A stretch of 59,879 bases of DNA, from contig JANNXV010000086.1 in NCBI GenBank assembly GCA_031409815.1, forward strand, positions 1 through 59,879, written 5' to 3'. Positions 18,898 to 28,831 of the stretch are shown here, piece by piece (positions within the stretch are counted from its first letter, which is position 1; each line of letters begins with the position of its first letter). A program made the position numbers and the translations under genes. This DNA comes from Bacteroidota bacterium (GTDB lineage: Bacteria; Bacteroidota; Bacteroidia; AKYH767-A; OLB10). The notes beneath the pieces were generated by a model, which searched no databases, was not told the origin of the DNA, and saw only the letters and a program-made list of their open reading frames with translations.

Positions 18898-20982
18898 TTA
18901 TTTTGCTTTCATCATCGTTTTAGTATCAATTACTTTTCCATTAAGCACCAAGCTATAGGTGTAAGTGCCATTGCCAAGGTTGTTAGCATACACTGTTAAT
19001 TCTCCATAGCCAGTGTTTTCAATTATTACCATTTTTATTATAGTGCCAGATTTATTGTAAAAGAAAATTTTTGCATCAAATCCATTTCCGACTTCAATAT
19101 TATCAGTAGGAATATTCCATGTAATTTTTGTTTGCTCTTTAAATGGATTGGGTGAATTTTGATCAAGGACTATTGCATTTACATCAGACAGTTCTGTGGT
19201 AAGATGCTGACTACTTTGGGGAGTTATATTCCCTGTAGTTCTATGCACTCCTGAAGGGTTAGCTTGTGCAAGAGCAGAAACAAGCGAATCAATGCGGGCT
19301 TGTTGTTTATTAAATCCTTCGACCAACAATGGAATTACACCTATATAATTAAGCTCTTTAACAGGTCTTGCAGGCGTTACAATGTTTTTTAGTGAATCAA
19401 ATACCGGAGGGATAATCGTGTTTATCACAAGGTTTGGCGCAACCCGTTCCACTTGCTGAGCCATTAATCCAAATTGTTTGTTGTGTGATACATTCAGCGT
19501 ATTTTGGAGCAATGTCGTATCAAAATAAAATGAATATGCATTAAGCTGGCTTAAAATGATGCTTGCACTGTCTAAAGGGTGAATCGCGGTTTTCAATGTT
19601 GAATCCGATATATTATAGGTAGTCCCGCTAATATTTACATCCCCATCAAAATAACCTGCCCAAGTCCCTGTAAGAGCAGATGGGGTTGATGGATTAGTGG
19701 TACCATCGGAACTTCCATAAACACCTACATTGAACACTGTGTTTTTACCCATATGCGCGATTGCGGAAACGCCACGATTATAGGTATTATTATCGTAAGC
19801 ATACGCTAAAACATCAACACCAACTTCATTTATTGCACTGCCAGCATAAAATAATCCTGCTCCACTATAATCACCTCGTTCAGCAATACTATATAATCCA
19901 AAATTGTTTTGACCATCTGTTGCAAGAAAATATCCACCCATATTTTGATGGTTTATCAGTTGTGAATTGGTTGCTGTCGCTTCAAATCTTCCTGCCGTGT
20001 TATAATATGCATTTCGAGCTTTAAAAAAACCACCATAATTATTTTCATTTTTACCCAATGTAGATACGTGAATACCATAAGCGTCTCCATTGTATTCACT
20101 TGCTTGATCAACATCATAATTCTCAACTCTAACACCCGTAGGATCGGTAACGGGAAGTGTAACAGGTGATGATGCAATATCTCGGTAAACATGTAGTGAA
20201 GCTGTTGGAGCAGTCGTTCCCAATCCTACAAGTCCTGTTTCAGTCAAACGCATTCTTTCAACATGTGCACTGGCATAATAATCGCCCGTAAAAAATTTCA
20301 TAGAAGCATTTTCATAATAGTGAAACTCCGCTTCATCTTCATTAAGCGGATCATTCCATTCAATTCCTATTTTAAGACCATCATACGGAGTCTCAGAATG
20401 CAACGGATGACAACCCTCATTAGTCCACTGATGAAATACATCTACATTATCCGCCTCAAATTGATGTATCTGACTTTGAGGATTAAATTGCAAATAATTT
20501 CCCACTCCTAAAAACCCGTCATTAGCATACCCGGGTTTAGACAGCAATATCATTTTTGCATAATCGCCAGGTCGAAAGATAATACTCTGATTGGTGCCAG
20601 TGGGAGTAATAAGGCCAAACTGTGAATTTGAAGTAGCTACCTGACCTCTTAAGACCCCTCCTTCATACATTGACCAAGATTGATCTACTGAATTTGGTCC
20701 ATTTGAACGAAATACATCACCTGTACTCCCCGGATTACCATCTAATGTTAGTATTGAAGAAGGTGAAGAAGTACCAATGCCAACCTTTCCCGTAACATCA
20801 GCAGTACCCGTAACAGTTAATTTGTTTGAAGGAGATGTGTTTCCAATTCCAACATTGCTGCCTGTGCTAGATGGATATAGATTGGGTGAAAATAAAGACC
20901 AACCTTGACCAAAACTGTTATTAGTAAATGCAATTGCTAAAAATAATGTAATAGAAATTCTTTGAATGTTGATTTTTTTCAT
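18898..20982 (-). CDS. Tail-fibre-like protein with peptidase S74 (intramolecular chaperone) domain and T9SS CTD
   Basis: Signal peptide; VGIG repeats; SDSTLK...GLMAQQVE.VAP.LV...LNY..IPLLVEG S74 signature plus coiled coil; QNSPNPF...GTYTYSL...TKTMMKAK CTD. Confidence 0.85.
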   Translation of the reverse strand: MKKINIQRISITLFLAIAFTNNSFGQGWSLFSPNLYPSSTGSNVGIGNTSPSNKLTVTGTADVTGKVGIGTSSPSSILTLDGNPGSTGDVFRSNGPNSVDQSWSMYEGGVLRGQVATSNSQFGLITPTGTNQSIIFRPGDYAKMILLSKPGYANDGFLGVGNYLQFNPQSQIHQFEADNVDVFHQWTNEGCHPLHSETPYDGLKIGIEWNDPLNEDEAEFHYYENASMKFFTGDYYASAHVERMRLTETGLVGLGTTAPTASLHVYRDIASSPVTLPVTDPTGVRVENYDVDQASEYNGDAYGIHVSTLGKNENNYGGFFKARNAYYNTAGRFEATATNSQLINHQNMGGYFLATDGQNNFGLYSIAERGDYSGAGLFYAGSAINEVGVDVLAYAYDNNTYNRGVSAIAHMGKNTVFNVGVYGSSDGTTNPSTPSALTGTWAGYFDGDVNISGTTYNISDSTLKTAIHPLDSASIILSQLNAYSFYFDTTLLQNTLNVSHNKQFGLMAQQVERVAPNLVINTIIPPVFDSLKNIVTPARPVKELNYIGVIPLLVEGFNKQQARIDSLVSALAQANPSGVHRTTGNITPQSSQHLTTELSDVNAIVLDQNSPNPFKEQTKITWNIPTDNIEVGNGFDAKIFFYNKSGTIIKMVIIENTGYGELTVYANNLGNGTYTYSLVLNGKVIDTKTMMKAK

Positions 20983-21001
20983 TTTGTTAGATTTTAATTT
21001 G

Positions 21002-21829
21002 TTAGAATAATATTGAAATATTAAATGATGGAATTATTTTTGAAAATTGAATACCTTTATACGAGGTAGTTGAATATGAATATGTTTCTGTCTGAGGAGG
21101 ATTAGGGATATTTTGTTTAGTTGCTTCTCCCCTAATTTCTCCTCCTAAATCATATGATAAAAGAGCATCAGAAAATTCTACTCCTATTGCAATATGCTTT
21201 TGAACATTTAAATTAAACCCCATAAAAGCTCCAATACCGAAAGCATGTCCCCCTTTTGCAATTGCATTATCATCAGCTGAAAAAATGAGTGTATCACCCG
21301 GTAAACTTCTATTCTCGTAAAGCCCATGATATTTCATTTCATCGTATTGTAAATAGCAAAGAGTCATTCCCCCGTAGGATACTATTCTTTTATTTTTGAA
21401 AAAATTAAATTGAATCCCTGGAATGTATCTCGTAATTCTTTGTTCAATTGAAATAGTTATTAGTATATGAGAAGTTTCTGGAGTAATTGAACCGTGAAAT
21501 TCAGAATCATAATAATTCTTCAAATCAATATTTGATATACTAAATTCAAAGCGCAATACAAATTGATCGTTAATAAAATACTTCGGTATAATGCTTAGAG
21601 AAAGAGAATTATTAGTTATATCACCGAAGTTGTTAAAATTTCCTGTTGCATAACCCCAGCTTGATTCTTCGGGTTTTCCAATTTGAGCCTCCATACTATT
21701 GATTGCAAAAGAGCAACTCCATTTGCATTTTTCTTGTTTACTGGGTTGGGCATGAGTGTCAATGGTAGTTTGAGCATTGCATTTAAACAAGACAAAAAAT
21801 AAAGTAGCGAGGAGTAAATTTTTTTTCAT
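21002..21829 (-). CDS. Hypothetical outer-membrane beta-barrel protein
   Basis: Signal peptide, alternating amphipathic strands (GIGAFMGFNL, IAIGVEFS), C-terminal FNISILF. Confidence 0.65.
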   Translation of the reverse strand: MKKNLLLATLFFVLFKCNAQTTIDTHAQPSKQEKCKWSCSFAINSMEAQIGKPEESSWGYATGNFNNFGDITNNSLSLSIIPKYFINDQFVLRFEFSISNIDLKNYYDSEFHGSITPETSHILITISIEQRITRYIPGIQFNFFKNKRIVSYGGMTLCYLQYDEMKYHGLYENRSLPGDTLIFSADDNAIAKGGHAFGIGAFMGFNLNVQKHIAIGVEFSDALLSYDLGGEIRGEATKQNIPNPPQTETYSYSTTSYKGIQFSKIIPSFNISILF

Positions 21830-22034
21830 TTTACATTGTTTTAAATTCCAAGCAAATTAAAGCATTCTTAAACTAACACCTGTCCAAAAAATCATCTTGC
21901 ATAAATAAGCGCAAGTTTTTTTTGTAATTCATTGCAAGTGTAAATTGTTAATGTTAAGCATTCGAATGTTTTATATAAACAAATTATTATGTAATTCTTA
22001 TTCCTCTTTAATGTAATCCCGGTTCTTTATTATT

Positions 22035-22042
22035 TACTTTTG
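22035..22042 (+). promoter_or_regulatory. Putative -7 promoter element for nadE
   Basis: TACTTTTG 22 nt upstream of the ATG. Confidence 0.6.
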
Positions 22043-22064
22043 CCCTTAGAAGTAAACAGTTTTT

Positions 22065-23711
22065 ATGAATATCGCTCTCGCACAACTCGATTATCATATC
22101 GGAAATTTTGAACAGAACAGCGTACGGATAATAAGCACTATTAACAAAGCAAAACAACATAAGTGCGACTTAATTGTTTTTGCCGAACTCGCTATTTGTG
22201 GTTACCCTCCGCTTGATTTTTTAGACTTTAAAGATTTCACTAAGCAAAGCTTAACTGCGATGGAAGAGGTGGCTGCTGTTTGCAAAGGCATCACAGCCAT
22301 TGTTGGCGGACCCAGTGTGAATCCTGATATCAATGGAAAAAATCTTTTCAACTCCGCATTTGTTTTGGCAGATGGAAAAATTTCCAAAATCATTTCTAAA
22401 ACATTGCTACCTACTTATGATGTGTTTGATGAATACCGATGGTTTGAATCCAACAAAAAGTTTGAGTGCATTCAAGTTAATGGTGTTCGCATTGCATTAA
22501 CGGTGTGTGAGGATTTATGGAATATGGATGCCGATCCGCTTTACACACATTGGCCCATGAATGAGTTAATAAAGGAAAAGCCGCAGCTCATGATTAACAT
22601 TGCTGCTTCGCCATTTAATTATACGCATGCTGTTGAACGAAAAAAAATTTTAGAGAAAAATATTTTGCAATATAAACTTCCGCTTTTGTATATAAATCAG
22701 GTAGGGGCGCAGACAGATATTTTGTTTGATGGCGGTTCGCTTATTTATGATGCAAGTGGAAAAATGTTGCAGGAAGCAAAGTTTTTTGAAGAGGATTTAA
22801 TTTGGTGTGAGTTTGATGCAACTAATAATATTTCTGTTAAACAAACTAATGTTCGGTATAAAATTAAAACTCCAATTGAGTTGATTCACGATGCACTCGT
22901 TATGGGCATTCGCGATTATTTTTTAAAGCAGAATTTTAAAAAGGCCATATTGGGATTTTCAGGAGGCATTGATTCTGCAATTGTGCTTGCTTTAGCTGTT
23001 AAAGCTTTGGGCAATGACAATGTTCACGCTGTGCTGATGCCATCACAATTCAGCAGTGATCATTCGGTGGATGACTCACTGGCAATGGTAAAAACACTGG
23101 GTGTTTCGCATGAAATATTACCTATCGAGCCGGTTTACAATTCATACCTCTCCACTTTAAAAGAGGACTTTAAGGATTTGCCATTTGATTTAACAGAAGA
23201 AAATCTTCAAGCACGTATACGAGGAGTTTTGTTAATGGCTTTAAGTAATAAGTTCAAATACATTTTGCTGAACACTTCAAACAAAAGTGAATTGTCAGTT
23301 GGCTACGGTACTTTATATGGCGATATGTGTGGAGGCTTATCGGTGATCGGTGATTTATATAAGACACAGGTATTTGAACTGGCTCATTACATCAATCGCG
23401 AAAGCGAAATAATTCCTGTCAATATAATTACTAAACCACCCAGCGCAGAGCTCAGACCCAATCAGAAAGACACTGATTCGTTACCTGATTACAGCGTGCT
23501 TGATCACATATTGAGATTATACATTGATCAGTCGCATGGGCCTGACGAAATTATTGCAAAGGGACTGGACGAAAAATTGGTACATCGCATATTGCGAATG
23601 GTAAATATGAATGAATACAAACGCCATCAGTTTGCTCCTATTCTTCGTGTGTCGCCAAAGTCATTTGGTCGTGGAAGAAGAATGCCAATAGTGGGAAAAT
23701 ATTTGTGTTAA
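22065..23711 (+). CDS. nadE: Glutamine-dependent NAD+ synthetase
   Basis: Nitrilase-fold E/K/C triad (FAEL, SKTLLP, CEDLW) plus synthetase SGGIDS, ENLQARIR, GYGTLYGD, KPPSAEL. Confidence 0.96.
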   Translation: MNIALAQLDYHIGNFEQNSVRIISTINKAKQHKCDLIVFAELAICGYPPLDFLDFKDFTKQSLTAMEEVAAVCKGITAIVGGPSVNPDINGKNLFNSAFVLADGKISKIISKTLLPTYDVFDEYRWFESNKKFECIQVNGVRIALTVCEDLWNMDADPLYTHWPMNELIKEKPQLMINIAASPFNYTHAVERKKILEKNILQYKLPLLYINQVGAQTDILFDGGSLIYDASGKMLQEAKFFEEDLIWCEFDATNNISVKQTNVRYKIKTPIELIHDALVMGIRDYFLKQNFKKAILGFSGGIDSAIVLALAVKALGNDNVHAVLMPSQFSSDHSVDDSLAMVKTLGVSHEILPIEPVYNSYLSTLKEDFKDLPFDLTEENLQARIRGVLLMALSNKFKYILLNTSNKSELSVGYGTLYGDMCGGLSVIGDLYKTQVFELAHYINRESEIIPVNIITKPPSAELRPNQKDTDSLPDYSVLDHILRLYIDQSHGPDEIIAKGLDEKLVHRILRMVNMNEYKRHQFAPILRVSPKSFGRGRRMPIVGKYLC

Positions 23712-23785
23712 ACAATTTAGCTTCTTAGTTGTTTATCATAAAGCCTATTTAAATTTCTTAAAATAATTATATTATTGCCCGCGCT

Positions 23786-23844
23786 CACCCTAATTCCCTA
23801 AAGGGATACCACGCGCACGACAGTTCCCCTATAGGGGTTAGGGG
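23786..23844. repeat. GC-rich REP-like imperfect inverted repeat
   Basis: ccctaattccctaaaggga ... tcccctataggggttagggg; each arm is itself a small hairpin. Confidence 0.6.
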
Positions 23845-23966
23845 TTTTTGAAGATAAAATATATTGGATTAATAAATTTTAAACAAGCTCTAAATACTAC
23901 TTTGTTTACATTCGCGTTTCTGAAATTTTGAATTAATTTTTGTTTACACCATTACATTCAGTCAAT

Positions 23967-25025
23967 ATGAAAAAAGAATTATCAGCTTTTGAGGCAAAAA
24001 GCGAGGCTCAAAAAATTGCATTCGCACCCATTTACTTTCAAGCGGCTATATCGCTATGGCAATTAGGCATACTTCAGTTGTTGAGGAAAAATAAAAAAGG
24101 AATGTCGGTAAAGGAAATAGCTGAATCTTTAAGTCTGAGTGAATATGGTGTTCAGGTATTGGTGGAGGCAGGTGCTCAGATAAACATGGTTGCTTATATA
24201 AGCGAAGACACAGTTGTGATTTCTAAAATCGGGTTGTTGCTTAATTCAGATCGGATGACGCAGATCAACTTCAATTTCATGAATGATGTTTGTTATAACG
24301 GTGCAAAGTATTTGAATGAATCGATAAAGAATGGAAAACCGGAAGGCCTAAAGACTATTGGAAATTGGAATACATTGTACGAAGGTCTGATGCAATTTCC
24401 AGAACAAGCAAAAACCTCCTGGCTTGAGTTTGATCATTATTATTCCGACATTGCTTTCAATGCTGCATTAGAAATTGTGTTTAGCGAACAACCCAAAACT
24501 ATCTTTGATATAGGTGGCAACACCGGAAAATGGGCTATTGCTTGTTGCACTTACAACAAGGATGTGCGTGTAAAAATGCTCGACTTACAAGTGCAGCTTA
24601 ACGTTGCAAAAAAAAATGTGGAAGAGAAAAATTATTTAGACAGAATTGATTTTAACCCGATCAATTTATTGGATACCACACAAAAAATTCCGAAGGGTGC
24701 TGATGCCATTTGGATGAGCCAGTTTCTTGATTGCTTTTCTGAGGACGAAATTGTGGCAATTCTAAAAAATGTTTGTCAGGCAGCTGGTGCAAAAACAACT
24801 ATTTACATCATGGAACCTTTTATTGATAATCAGAAATTTGAATCGGCTGCTCATTGTCTTGTTGGAACCTCGTTATATTTTACAACTATGGCAAATGGCA
24901 ACAGTAAGATGTACAGTACTAAAGCCATGGAAAAATTAGTGGAGCAAGCAGGATTAAAAGTTGTGCAAACTTTTCCGTTGATTGATGATAGTCAGCAATC
25001 TATTCTTAAATGTGTAAAACAATAG
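23967..25025 (+). CDS. Class I SAM-dependent methyltransferase (O-MT fold; aryl polyene/flexirubin-associated type)
   Basis: AQKIAFAP N-terminal dimerisation region, DIGGNTGKWA SAM motif, DAIWMSQFLDCFS, SLYFT.MANGNSKMY. Confidence 0.88.
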   Translation: MKKELSAFEAKSEAQKIAFAPIYFQAAISLWQLGILQLLRKNKKGMSVKEIAESLSLSEYGVQVLVEAGAQINMVAYISEDTVVISKIGLLLNSDRMTQINFNFMNDVCYNGAKYLNESIKNGKPEGLKTIGNWNTLYEGLMQFPEQAKTSWLEFDHYYSDIAFNAALEIVFSEQPKTIFDIGGNTGKWAIACCTYNKDVRVKMLDLQVQLNVAKKNVEEKNYLDRIDFNPINLLDTTQKIPKGADAIWMSQFLDCFSEDEIVAILKNVCQAAGAKTTIYIMEPFIDNQKFESAAHCLVGTSLYFTTMANGNSKMYSTKAMEKLVEQAGLKVVQTFPLIDDSQQSILKCVKQ

Positions 25026-25038
25026 CACAATAAAACTT

Positions 25039-26079
25039 TTAATTTATTTTCTCTACCAGCATAAAACCATGCTGTACCCCTTTGCAATTATTATAAATTA
25101 AAATGGTGTTGATTGAATTTTTATTCACAGCAGTTTTTAAAACATTCACAGGTATCACTTTACTATTTAAAAGGTAGCAGGAAAGCCATAATGCAAATGA
25201 ACTTGCTGTGGGATATTCACCACATAAATGTTTAAAACGCGCCACTGAAATTTTTTCCAGCAACTGCTCACACGAAAAATAAAAATGATCAAAACGGTTG
25301 TCACCATTTTCTCCTGTAAGAAATATGTCAACCTTTTTATCGGGATGTAAATTCTCTTTCAGAAATAGTTGCAATTGCTCTTGCACTTCAAGAGCATCAT
25401 CAGTATGCAATAATTTTAAAGCCTTCAGTTTGGCAATTGCGCCTTCCTTTTTTCCGCTTGCAATAAACATGGCTACACCTTCGCCTGCAATACTTCCTTT
25501 GGTGTTGGTTTGATATAAATCTAAATTGGAAGTAATGGCTTCTTTATACCAGCCTCTGGCATTTTCTAAATTGAAATTATAAGTGGAAATTTCATCACCA
25601 CCACCGGTCAGATAAACACGTTCAGGATTTTCTTTTATCAGCATCCAGGTATCCAGCAATGCATTTTCAAATGCCAGCCCGCGATGAACATGCGTGATGT
25701 TATAACCAAAATTATTTGCAGTGAGTGCTATTTGTGCTGCAATCGCATTGGTGGTACTTTGAACAAAATTTTTTGGGGTCAATGTGCCTTCTTCAAATTC
25801 GATGATCTGGTTTAAAAATTTAATACAATCATCCATACCTCCATTTGCAGTACCAATGATGATTCCATTTAGTTCAGGAATGTCTTTAATTAAAGTGATT
25901 GCGGCAGCTACTCCCATACGTACTGCTTTTCCCATTCTACGCAAAGTATTTAGCGGGATGTTTGCAATTTTTGGCTCTATTATATGGAGTTTGTTATCAA
26001 CAGAATCAACTACTTCTTCAAGATTTATTTCCGAAAAAGTATGTTGTGGAGAAATGCAAACTGTTTTATGAATATACAC
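25039..26079 (-). CDS. Beta-ketoacyl synthase chain-length factor (copy 1)
   Basis: LRRMGK..RMG, IGTANG, FVQSTTN, AFENALLD, GEYPTAS; no catalytic Cys motif; probable GTG start (VYIHKTVCISP). Confidence 0.85.
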   Translation of the reverse strand: MYIHKTVCISPQHTFSEINLEEVVDSVDNKLHIIEPKIANIPLNTLRRMGKAVRMGVAAAITLIKDIPELNGIIIGTANGGMDDCIKFLNQIIEFEEGTLTPKNFVQSTTNAIAAQIALTANNFGYNITHVHRGLAFENALLDTWMLIKENPERVYLTGGGDEISTYNFNLENARGWYKEAITSNLDLYQTNTKGSIAGEGVAMFIASGKKEGAIAKLKALKLLHTDDALEVQEQLQLFLKENLHPDKKVDIFLTGENGDNRFDHFYFSCEQLLEKISVARFKHLCGEYPTASSFALWLSCYLLNSKVIPVNVLKTAVNKNSINTILIYNNCKGVQHGFMLVEKIN

Positions 26080-26087
26080 GTGACTGA

Positions 26088-27278
26088 TTAGTTTTTCGAA
26101 AAAATTAAAGAACAGCAATTGCCACCAAAACCAAAAGAGTTTGTCATTACATTTTCGTTGATTTGTTTTTGTAAAACGGCTATCGGTCTTAATCCGGTTG
26201 ACTCAACTGGCTCATTAAAATTCAGGCTGGGATATATTTCGTTATTATTTAAAGCAAGAATACTTAGCACCGATTCAATGGAAGCAGCTGCTCCAAGTGT
26301 ATGGCCAATTTTTGATTTTGAAGAGAGGAAAGGAGGGACGTTGCTAAAAATCCGTTGCATGGCTTTTCCTTCTACTTCATCATTATTTTCAGTGCCGGTT
26401 CCATGTGTATTTACAAAACTTATTTGTGAAGATTTCAAATTTGCAACCTGCAAAGCATCGCTCATTGCGCGATAAGGGCCTTCACCATTTTCTGATAATG
26501 ATGAAGGATGAAAAGCATCATTCGCATTTCCATATCCGCTGAGTACAGCAAAGTGTTTTTTATGTTTTGCGTCTTCTTCTTTTTCTAACACTAAAAATGC
26601 AGCACCTTCACCGAGATTTAGACCGTTACGTTCTTTGTCAAATGGTCGACATAATTGTGGAGCGAGGATACCTAAGGCATTAAATCCGTTAATCGTAAAT
26701 TTTGCAAGGCTGTCAACTCCTCCCACAATGGCTCGCTTTGCAAAGCCATGCTTGATTAGTCGTGCACCATAAATAATTGCATTGGCAGATGAGGAACAAG
26801 CGGTATTGATAGAATTAACAATTCCTTTTATTTGGAAACTATTTCGTAAAAACAATGTTGGAGAAGCGGTATCATAAGAGTACAATGAATCTTCTGTGAT
26901 TTGAGATAAATTGTTAGCATCAAGATACAACTCATCCGTAAGGCACATTCCTCCAACAGTGCTTGCGCTTATCAGTGCAGTTTCATAAGATGAAATTTCG
27001 TGCTTAGTGAGTCCGCTGTTTTCAAGGGCTTCGTTAAAAGCGTGAAGTGCCAACAAATCAGTTCGTGTAATTCCTTTCTCCGTTAATGAAAGTTTTTCTT
27101 TTAGTTCTGTTGTGCTAAACTTTATTTCGCCAAATCGAGAAAGCGTGGCGAATTTTGTTTCTAAAAAATCAAGTGTCGAAAGACCGCAAGTGATGTTACG
27201 TAATGCTTCTTGATTTTGGTCAACTGAGTTTCCAATTGCATTTATTACACCCATTCCGGTAATAACAATCCGGCTCAT
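26088..27278 (-). CDS. Beta-ketoacyl-ACP synthase (copy 1 of the polyene-type KS)
   Basis: TACSSS, HGTGT, GHTLGAA (Cys-His-His), NSFGFGG. Confidence 0.92.
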   Translation of the reverse strand: MSRIVITGMGVINAIGNSVDQNQEALRNITCGLSTLDFLETKFATLSRFGEIKFSTTELKEKLSLTEKGITRTDLLALHAFNEALENSGLTKHEISSYETALISASTVGGMCLTDELYLDANNLSQITEDSLYSYDTASPTLFLRNSFQIKGIVNSINTACSSSANAIIYGARLIKHGFAKRAIVGGVDSLAKFTINGFNALGILAPQLCRPFDKERNGLNLGEGAAFLVLEKEEDAKHKKHFAVLSGYGNANDAFHPSSLSENGEGPYRAMSDALQVANLKSSQISFVNTHGTGTENNDEVEGKAMQRIFSNVPPFLSSKSKIGHTLGAAASIESVLSILALNNNEIYPSLNFNEPVESTGLRPIAVLQKQINENVMTNSFGFGGNCCSLIFSKN

Positions 27279-27281
27279 GGA

Positions 27282-27554
27282 TCAGGATGCGATGGGTTTG
27301 GAATGTTGTAAAATATAATCAACAATAGTATTTACATCCACAAAAATTTTCCTCCCTTCTTTAGGATCAGTAATCTTAATGTTGTATTCTCTTTCTAATA
27401 AAACAGCTAACTCCAGTGAATCTATCGAATCCAATCCAAGTCCTTCACCGAAAAGCGGTTGATCATCTCCAATGTCTTCAGGAGTAATTTCCAACAAGTT
27501 CAGGTATTGAATCATGTGTTTTTTAAGCTGTAATTTATGTTGATCTCTATCCAT
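27282..27554 (-). CDS. Acyl carrier protein (copy 1)
   Basis: PLFGEGLGLDSIDSLEL phosphopantetheine motif. Confidence 0.93.
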   Translation of the reverse strand: MDRDQHKLQLKKHMIQYLNLLEITPEDIGDDQPLFGEGLGLDSIDSLELAVLLEREYNIKITDPKEGRKIFVDVNTIVDYILQHSKPIAS

Positions 27555-28831
27555 TATATTAAATTCTTTCTTTTTAATGTGATTAATGCAAGCACTTGTA
27601 ATGAGAATGCGGTAATTAATAATGCGATTATATTGTTGCTAATATCATCCCATTTTGCACCCTGTAAAAATAAGCTGTAATACGATTCGAGGCACCAGTG
27701 CAGCGGTGAGATATTCATAATCAGTTTAAAAGCCTGGGGCATAGCGAACGAAGGAACAAATATGCCCCCTATTGCAGCCAACAAAACCACAGATACTGCT
27801 CCGAAACCATTGCATTGTTCCTGCGTTTGTGCAAAAACACCTATGCACATTGCGTAGCTAATGGCGCACCACCCACACAACAATGTGACTAAAACTAAAC
27901 TTAGGACGTGGTCGGGAATATTTAGTGCAGGTAAATTTATTTTTGGAAACAGCAAAACTCCAATGGAGAAAATAATCAACACTTGTAATAATATCACTCC
28001 GATGTAAACAAATTGTTTAGCTATCAATGAAATTAAATAATTGGCCGGAAGTGTTTTTAATCGGGTAAAACTTCCGCTAAGTTTTTCTTTCACCACGTTT
28101 CCACCTAATGAAATCACGGTAAAAAACATGGCAAATACGGTCCATGCCGGTACATTGTGTTGGGTGGCATTTGGGATATTTCTGCTGCCGTTTATTAATG
28201 CGTAACTTTCAGTGAAGCTGGTTTTGTTGCGGGTCATTTCACTTTCAAAATCGGGCGGCAGTTCTTCTTCGTTCACTGCTTTGTACAATGCTTGAATCAT
28301 GAGTTTGTTTTCAACCAGCATCAAGGCTCCCTGCAATGCGCCACTGATTGATTTGCAATACGACTCCTGCAAAATAGGATGAAAAATTAATTCAGGTGAA
28401 ACAGCAGTCAATTCTGATTTCATGGAATCGCTTTCCAAACCAAAATTTGTTAATGCTTTGGCAGATGTTGACTTTGCTTTCTGATTGAGTTGTGATGAAA
28501 AACAGGTAGGAATAATTAATGCAACCATTGCATCTTTTTCTTTCATATCTTTTGAAACTTGATTGGATGCAACCATGTTTTTTGATTCCACAATATTGAA
28601 CATTTGCAATTTGCGGATGGCAACAATAAATTCTTTAGAGACAACACCTGAATCACTATTAATGAGCAAGAGCGAAATTTTGTTGTCGTTCACCATATTA
28701 AATGCGCTGTTTTGCACGCTTGTAATAACTACCACCAAAATAACAGGCATCAAAAACATCAACGCAAGTCCAACACGATCGCGAACCAGCAAACGATATT
28801 CTTTAATTATTGAAGCGAGCAGAATGTGCAT
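27554..28831 (-). CDS. ABC-2 type transporter permease
   Basis: KEYRLLVRD, PNATQHNVPAW..FAMFF, AAIGG.FVP...MP, SPLHW. Confidence 0.9.
   Translation of the reverse strand: MHILLASIIKEYRLLVRDRVGLALMFLMPVILVVVITSVQNSAFNMVNDNKISLLLINSDSGVVSKEFIVAIRKLQMFNIVESKNMVASNQVSKDMKEKDAMVALIIPTCFSSQLNQKAKSTSAKALTNFGLESDSMKSELTAVSPELIFHPILQESYCKSISGALQGALMLVENKLMIQALYKAVNEEELPPDFESEMTRNKTSFTESYALINGSRNIPNATQHNVPAWTVFAMFFTVISLGGNVVKEKLSGSFTRLKTLPANYLISLIAKQFVYIGVILLQVLIIFSIGVLLFPKINLPALNIPDHVLSLVLVTLLCGWCAISYAMCIGVFAQTQEQCNGFGAVSVVLLAAIGGIFVPSFAMPQAFKLIMNISPLHWCLESYYSLFLQGAKWDDISNNIIALLITAFSLQVLALITLKRKNLI

Noticed and set aside
18898-20982. Prophage remnant suggested by the tail-fibre/S74 domain
   Set aside because: The protein has a signal peptide and T9SS CTD, and no phage structural, lysis or integrase genes are nearby
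23712-23966. Possible SAM riboswitch upstream of the methyltransferase
   Set aside because: No SAM-I or SAM-II consensus recognised; the GC-rich part is explained by the REP-like repeat
24608-24616. A9 tract in the methyltransferase (also T9 near 1964 and 52519) as phase-variation sites
   Set aside because: Such runs are common in this AT-rich sequence and all frames are intact
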